From positions 2,062,044 through 2,094,043 of the forward strand of contig NZ_CP081495.1 in the NCBI RefSeq assembly GCF_025919725.1: a DNA stretch of 32,000 nucleotides, given 5' to 3'. The position numbers and the translations under genes are program-made. This DNA is from Flavobacterium agricola (GTDB taxonomy: Bacteria > Bacteroidota > Bacteroidia > Flavobacteriales > Flavobacteriaceae). Under the pieces are notes generated by a model, which saw only the letters and a program-made list of their open reading frames with translations, searched no databases and was not told where the DNA came from. This document shows, one piece after another, positions 27,407 through 32,000 of this stretch. How positions within the stretch are numbered: position 1 is the first letter of the stretch; each line of letters opens with the position of its first letter.

Positions 27407-28867
27407 TTAATTTTTAAAATCTATTAAAGCTCGGTATTTATTTTTATTGTAATTGTTTACTAAACGATTAATAACTTTTTCGCGCAATAAAAAACCAACT
27501 AGCCCAGCAACAGCAACGGCTAACAATCCTACATAAACATTAAATAAAAGTTGAAAAAAGATTTGAATTAGTATTGGCGTAACCAAAATAACCAATGATA
27601 GAACTAACGTATTAACATTAAAAGATTTGGTATTACCAAAAGCACCTACATTGCTTGTTAAATCTATTCCTTGTCGCATAAAAGCACCTGTAAGCAAAGT
27701 TATGTAAGCATTAAACCCAATATTAAATATGGTGGCTGCTACAAGGGCTAAAAAAAACACGGGAGAAAAAAACAAATAAAAACTACACAAAACCAACGTT
27801 ATTAGGCAAGCAATTGCCATAATGCACCATTTTGAAATTAAATAATCGCGGTACGAAATGTTTTGCGTCATTAATAACGGATAATATGCCGAATCCCAAG
27901 ATGGAACAAATTGACCAAACGAAATCATAAATCCGCCAGTTGCAAAAATGGCAAAGAAAATCATGGCTGGGCTTAATTCTTTATCAAAATCTAGAAACAA
28001 AAAAGGATAAAAAATAAAAATCAACGAAAACAATAGCGTTGTACGGGGGCGTTTGTTGCGGAAAATTAAGTACAAATCGTTTTTAATAAAAGCACCAACA
28101 ACACCCATATTGGTTAAATATTTAAAATCTAAACTTTTAATTTCTGCTTCGTTTTTACTCAGTCCTTTATCTAAATACAATTGGGTATTATAATAGCTGT
28201 AGGTTAGCAAAGCAAAAAGCAAAACAAATGCTACGGCTAAAACAACAGCAAATTTATACTGATAAAAAAATGCAGATAAGGGCGAAGTAAAAGGTAAAAT
28301 ATCAATCCAACCGTAAATATGTGCAAAACCTAAAAACGTTAGTAAGCCAACAAAAAGGTAAAAAAACAAATTAATCTTTTCTAAAAAGATGCTTATAAAA
28401 CTATTACAACTTAAAAGCAATAACATGCTTAACGTCCAACCTAAAACTGAAACAGCATCGTAACCCGAACGAATTAAAATAAAAGCTAAAGGAATAAAGA
28501 AAAATAAATGAATAACATTAAAAAGCTTAAAGTAAGCTTTGCACACCGTGTACTGAACAATGATTTTATGTTTGATATTAATAAGTAACAACGGCTTAAT
28601 ATCTACAATTGGAGAGCCGCTAATTATATAACGCAAAAAAAGATCGTACAACCAGTAAAAAACAAAAAAACCGGTTATTATATAAAATAAATCTTGATTG
28701 GGATAAAGTTTAGCTACATATTCTGGAGTTAAAACAGCTAAACCTAATAAAACAAGGGCTAGATAAACCAGAAAAAAAGCTTTAAAAAGAAAAGTAAAAA
28801 CTTCTGTTTTAAGCTGCTTAGAACGCAACAAAGCTTTTATTTCTAATCGAAATAAATTAAAAAACAT
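27407..28867 (-). CDS. ABC transporter permease (DUF5687-like)
   Basis: 486 aa, many TM helices, 10 nt upstream of the ATPase gene. MFFNLFRLEIKALLRSKQLKTEVFTFLFKAFF. Confidence 0.75.
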   Translation of the reverse strand: MFFNLFRLEIKALLRSKQLKTEVFTFLFKAFFLVYLALVLLGLAVLTPEYVAKLYPNQDLFYIITGFFVFYWLYDLFLRYIISGSPIVDIKPLLLINIKHKIIVQYTVCKAYFKLFNVIHLFFFIPLAFILIRSGYDAVSVLGWTLSMLLLLSCNSFISIFLEKINLFFYLFVGLLTFLGFAHIYGWIDILPFTSPLSAFFYQYKFAVVLAVAFVLLFALLTYSYYNTQLYLDKGLSKNEAEIKSLDFKYLTNMGVVGAFIKNDLYLIFRNKRPRTTLLFSLIFIFYPFLFLDFDKELSPAMIFFAIFATGGFMISFGQFVPSWDSAYYPLLMTQNISYRDYLISKWCIMAIACLITLVLCSFYLFFSPVFFLALVAATIFNIGFNAYITLLTGAFMRQGIDLTSNVGAFGNTKSFNVNTLVLSLVILVTPILIQIFFQLLFNVYVGLLAVAVAGLVGFLLREKVINRLVNNYNKNKYRALIDFKN

Positions 28868-28916
28868 ATAAATAGTAATTGGTTGTACTCAATTAGTAGC
28901 CTCCAGAACTATTTTG

Positions 28917-29642
28917 TTACATTATGTATTTGTATTCAGGATAAATAGTTTGTAAATAACTTTGTGCTTTTTGTGGAATGACATGAATCATAATGTAAGA
29001 ATACAACATCCAACTAACCAAAAAAGCCGCAATTAAAAGGTTTACCCAAAACTGATTCAGATTCAGAAACATAGAAGTACTAAAAAACACTTGAATTGGA
29101 ATGTAAAATAATGCTGCAGAACCACCCATGTTGGCAATCACATCTTCCATCATCCATCGCTTCTCATTTTTAGTTTTTTTAAGTTGGTATTTGTTTTTAA
29201 TAGTAAGAAAAAGCACCAAAAATAAAAGTAAAATAGAAATACCCAAAACACTTTCTACATAATAAGCCGAAAACAATGGCAAAACAGCAGCTACAATAGC
29301 TAGTAAACTGATCGTAAATAAAACTTTAGGCAGTGTAAAGAAGTCTTTAAAATGTTGCCAAACAAAAGCGTGATAACGCTTCTGTAAAGCTGCTTGTCGT
29401 TGAGCTACAATATCAGAAAAACCAAAAACACCAAACTTTTTAAATTCGGCTTGCAGTGCTTCTTCAAAAGTTAACGCACTATTTTGTTCCCACTGGCATT
29501 CTATACCACGGGCTAAATGGTCAACTAATTCGGTTTGTAAATCGTAATGTTCTACAAAGTGCTTACGAGTAAAACAATATAATCTATCAATCTGATCACT
29601 TGTGACACAAGGAATTGTACTAATGTTATCATGATTTGTCAT
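28917..29642 (-). CDS. Membrane protein of unknown function with soluble N-terminal domain
   Basis: 241 aa. About 105-residue soluble N-terminus (HYDLQTELVDHLARGIECQW..FEEALQAEFKKFG) followed by about four TM helices. Located between padR and the ABC permease. Confidence 0.7.
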   Translation of the reverse strand: MTNHDNISTIPCVTSDQIDRLYCFTRKHFVEHYDLQTELVDHLARGIECQWEQNSALTFEEALQAEFKKFGVFGFSDIVAQRQAALQKRYHAFVWQHFKDFFTLPKVLFTISLLAIVAAVLPLFSAYYVESVLGISILLLFLVLFLTIKNKYQLKKTKNEKRWMMEDVIANMGGSAALFYIPIQVFFSTSMFLNLNQFWVNLLIAAFLVSWMLYSYIMIHVIPQKAQSYLQTIYPEYKYIM

Positions 29643-29676
29643 CGCTAATATTTATTAAAATTACTTTAATAATTGA

Positions 29677-30009
29677 TTACACCAATTTTTTTGAGGTTAA
29701 AAGTTGCATATTTTCGACAAACTGTAAAAGTGCTTCAAGTTTTGAAGCACTTTCTTCTACACCAGCAGGGGTTAGTTTGTAATACTTTCGCAATCGATTC
29801 GCAACTTCTAAAACCTCAACCTCTAAAAAACCCTGAGCTTCTAGCTTATGTAAAGCCGGATACAAAGCACCTTCGGTTAAAACCAACTCATCTTGAGTTA
29901 GTTCTTTTACTTTCTGCGTTATTTCGTACCCGTACATTTTTCCATTAGCTTGTAAAAGTTGCAGAATAATGGTTTGCAAACTGCCTTTGTACAAAGATGC
30001 TTTTGACAT
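29677..30009 (-). CDS. PadR family transcriptional regulator
   Basis: Start at internal Met, MSKASLYKGSLQTIILQLLQANGKMYGYEITQKV...LTEGALYPALHKLEAQGFLE...RKYYKLTPAG. Confidence 0.93.
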   Translation of the reverse strand: MSKASLYKGSLQTIILQLLQANGKMYGYEITQKVKELTQDELVLTEGALYPALHKLEAQGFLEVEVLEVANRLRKYYKLTPAGVEESASKLEALLQFVENMQLLTSKKLV

Positions 30010-30030
30010 AGAATCTATTTTTATATAAAT

Positions 30031-30051
30031 ATACATAAATTACTTATGTAT
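30031..30051. promoter_or_regulatory. Inverted repeat, candidate PadR operator
   Basis: atacataa-attac-ttatgtat: perfect 8-nt arms, 5-nt spacer, 21-41 nt upstream of the padR start. Confidence 0.5.
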
Positions 30052-30126
30052 TATATTGAGAGAAAAAACTTTTAACATGCATTTAGGAATAAAAAACTTT
30101 AAAGCAAATAATTAAGTTAGTATTTG

Positions 30127-30134
30127 TAAATTTG
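30127..30134 (+). promoter_or_regulatory. Candidate -7 element for the reductase gene
   Basis: TAAATTTG matches TAnnTTTG, 22 nt upstream of the ATG at 30157. No clear -33 TTG. Confidence 0.35.
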
Positions 30135-30156
30135 CGTTTTAAAAAATTTTTGTAAA

Positions 30157-31203
30157 ATGTCAAGATTTAACAAACTAACTGTAAAGAATATTACTAGAGA
30201 AACACCAAATGCTATTGTAATAACATTTGATGTTCCTGAAAGTTTAGCTACAACCTATCAGTTTTTAGCTGGTCAGTATCTTAACATAAAACATGTTATA
30301 GATAATAAAGAAGTAAAAAGAGCGTATTCTATTTCGGCTTCGCCAAATGAAAAAACGTTAGCTGTAACGGTTAAAGAAGTTGCTGGTGGTTTATTTTCTA
30401 CCTATGCAAACCAACATTTAACGGTGGGTACAAACATGGAAGTTGGTGTTCCTGAAGGGCGTTTTACAATAGAAACTGATGCAAACAACAACCATTTATA
30501 CGGAGCAATTGCAGCAGGTTCAGGAATTACACCAATAATTTCTATTATTAAAACCGTTTTAGAAAATGAACCAAACAGCCAATTTGTACTTTTATACGGA
30601 AACAAATCGGTGCAAGAAACCATTTTTTACAACGAAATTGCTCGCCTTTTAAATACTTATAAAGAACGCTTTTCTGTACAATATATATTCAGTCAAGAAG
30701 TTAGCGAAGGTTCATTAAACGGACGCATTGTTCGCGAAACAATTCAAAACACATTTACAGCTAACCAATCGGGCAACTACGCTAAATTTTTTATTTGCGG
30801 ACCAGAAGAACTGGTTTATAACAGCACATCAGCTTTAAAAGAAAGCGGCGTAACCGAAGATAAAATTAAGTTTGAATTATTTAACAGCTCAGAAAAAGGC
30901 AGCTACGTACCGGTATCGTCAGACAACACAACCATTACGGTTTTATTAGATGATGAAGAAGTGGTTTTTGAAATGTCTCGTAAAGATTCAATCATAAAAG
31001 CTTTAAACGATAAAGGTTTAGATGCACCTCAATCTTGTTTAGGCGGAGTTTGTTCAAGTTGTATTTGTAAAATCACAAAAGGAGAAGCTGTTTTAGCTAA
31101 AAACTCGGTTTTAACCGATCAAGAAATAGCGGCAGGATTTACGTTAGCTTGTCAAGCTTACCCAACAACAAGCGAAATTGCAATTGATTTTGACAACGTA
31201 TAA
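30157..31203 (+). CDS. PaaE-like ferredoxin-NADP reductase with C-terminal 2Fe-2S domain
   Basis: 348 aa. KRAYSISASPNE, AAGSGITPIISII, FICGPEELV, and CLGGVCSSCICKI...LACQAYP cluster ligands. Confidence 0.92.
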   Translation: MSRFNKLTVKNITRETPNAIVITFDVPESLATTYQFLAGQYLNIKHVIDNKEVKRAYSISASPNEKTLAVTVKEVAGGLFSTYANQHLTVGTNMEVGVPEGRFTIETDANNNHLYGAIAAGSGITPIISIIKTVLENEPNSQFVLLYGNKSVQETIFYNEIARLLNTYKERFSVQYIFSQEVSEGSLNGRIVRETIQNTFTANQSGNYAKFFICGPEELVYNSTSALKESGVTEDKIKFELFNSSEKGSYVPVSSDNTTITVLLDDEEVVFEMSRKDSIIKALNDKGLDAPQSCLGGVCSSCICKITKGEAVLAKNSVLTDQEIAAGFTLACQAYPTTSEIAIDFDNV

Positions 31204-31206
31204 CAT

Positions 31207-31240
31207 AAAAAAAGGTTACCTTATTCAGGTAACCTTTTTT
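31207..31240 (+). terminator. Rho-independent terminator
   Basis: aaaaaaaggttacc-ttattca-ggtaacctttttt immediately after the reductase stop. Confidence 0.92.
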
Positions 31241-31405
31241 CGCTTTTCTAATTAACTACAAAAATAAAAGCTAAAAAAATGATTTTTTATGAAAAGTGAA
31301 TAACTTAATTATTCATTTCAAAAATACAAAAATTGAATAATGCGATAGCATTTTATCTACAAGCAGTAGTAATAATCGATAAAATGATTATTTAAGCTGT
31401 CGAGC

Positions 31406-32000
31406 TTATTCCATCAATTTGTTTACCACATCGGCAACTAAAATAGTTTCCATTACTTTTTCGTAACCAGGTACAATTTTGTTTCCGTAAACCGAAGTAG
31501 GCAATAAAGGATATTGTTTTAAATCGGGCACTAAAGCGTCTGACAACTTCTGATTAAAAGGCAAAAAGCCCGCAAACGGATGTGTTGCACCCCATAAGGT
31601 AACTACACGTACGCCCAACAACGCAGCAATGTGCGCATTGCCCGAATCCATAGATAACATGACATCAAGATTAGAAATTACATCCATCTCTTCATCTAAC
31701 GTTAATTTACCAGCTAATACAACAACGTTTTCGTAATCTTTTTTAAGATCGTTTAAAACAGCTATTTCTTTAGCACCACCACCAAACAGAAAAACTTTAT
31801 TTTCGGCTTTAGCTAACGCATCAATAACTTGTTGCATCAAATACTGTGGATAAACTTTGGTTTGATATTGTGCAAAAGGTGCAATACCAATCCAGCGTTG
31901 GGTTTTGTTTCCTGCAATAGCAAGTGCTTTATCTGTTAAAACAGCTTTTGTTGCAAAAACCGGATGGGTTAAATCTAAAGGATAGCCTAATTGCGCAAAA
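31406..32000 (-). CDS. Glycosyltransferase family 9 (heptosyltransferase-like), 5' end beyond the window
   Basis: The frame is open to the window edge (...GIAPFAQYQTKVYPQYLMQQVIDALAKAENKVFLFGGG...LDVMLSMDSGNAHIAALLGVRVVTLWGATHPFAGF). Confidence 0.85.
   Translation of the reverse strand, partial: FAQLGYPLDLTHPVFATKAVLTDKALAIAGNKTQRWIGIAPFAQYQTKVYPQYLMQQVIDALAKAENKVFLFGGGAKEIAVLNDLKKDYENVVVLAGKLTLDEEMDVISNLDVMLSMDSGNAHIAALLGVRVVTLWGATHPFAGFLPFNQKLSDALVPDLKQYPLLPTSVYGNKIVPGYEKVMETILVADVVNKLME

Noticed and set aside
1-32000. A hidden defence system, retron, toxin-antitoxin pair, biosynthetic cluster or prophage
   Set aside because: Gene order and motifs are housekeeping throughout. I saw no reverse transcriptase, nuclease-helicase pairing, toxin-like small gene pair, megasynthase, phage structural gene or tRNA-flanked insertion. 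A sensitive profile search with DefenseFinder/PADLOC or antiSMASH would be the decisive test.

Overview
This looks like a chromosomal housekeeping window from an AT-rich Flavobacteriaceae/Bacteroidota genome. Products were assigned by recognising motifs in the supplied translations, not by a database search. In order, the window holds: the C-terminus of a COG4389-type 'site-specific recombinase' membrane protein; dinB; a Bax-inhibitor-1 family protein; a leftward acpP-fabF-rnc-IPExxxVDY-pyk cluster; purN and rnhA; a PfkB kinase and a purF-like amidotransferase; a leftward envelope cluster (flippase, dut, nucleotidyltransferase, TPR protein, DUF4292-like lipoprotein, EnvC/M23); a partial F-ATP synthase operon (atpB,E,F,H,A,G, without atpD/atpC) preceded by sprE, bactofilin and AtpZ-like genes; a PadR / membrane protein / ABC transporter cluster; a PaaE-like reductase; and a truncated GT9 glycosyltransferase. 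I found no CRISPR array, transposon, phage, toxin-antitoxin or recognisable defence system, and no convincing new biological system. The observations most worth a second look are: (1) four reading-frame breaks, all in the first ~8.1 kb, including in the normally essential fabF, which suggests local sequence errors; (2) intercistronic hairpins just downstream of acpP, atpE and atpA, whose products are needed in excess over their neighbours; (3) an 8+8 nt inverted repeat upstream of padR, a candidate operator; (4) tight packing of sprE and bactofilin genes ahead of the ATP synthase genes; (5) a long signal-peptide-bearing, His-rich N-terminal extension on AtpB.
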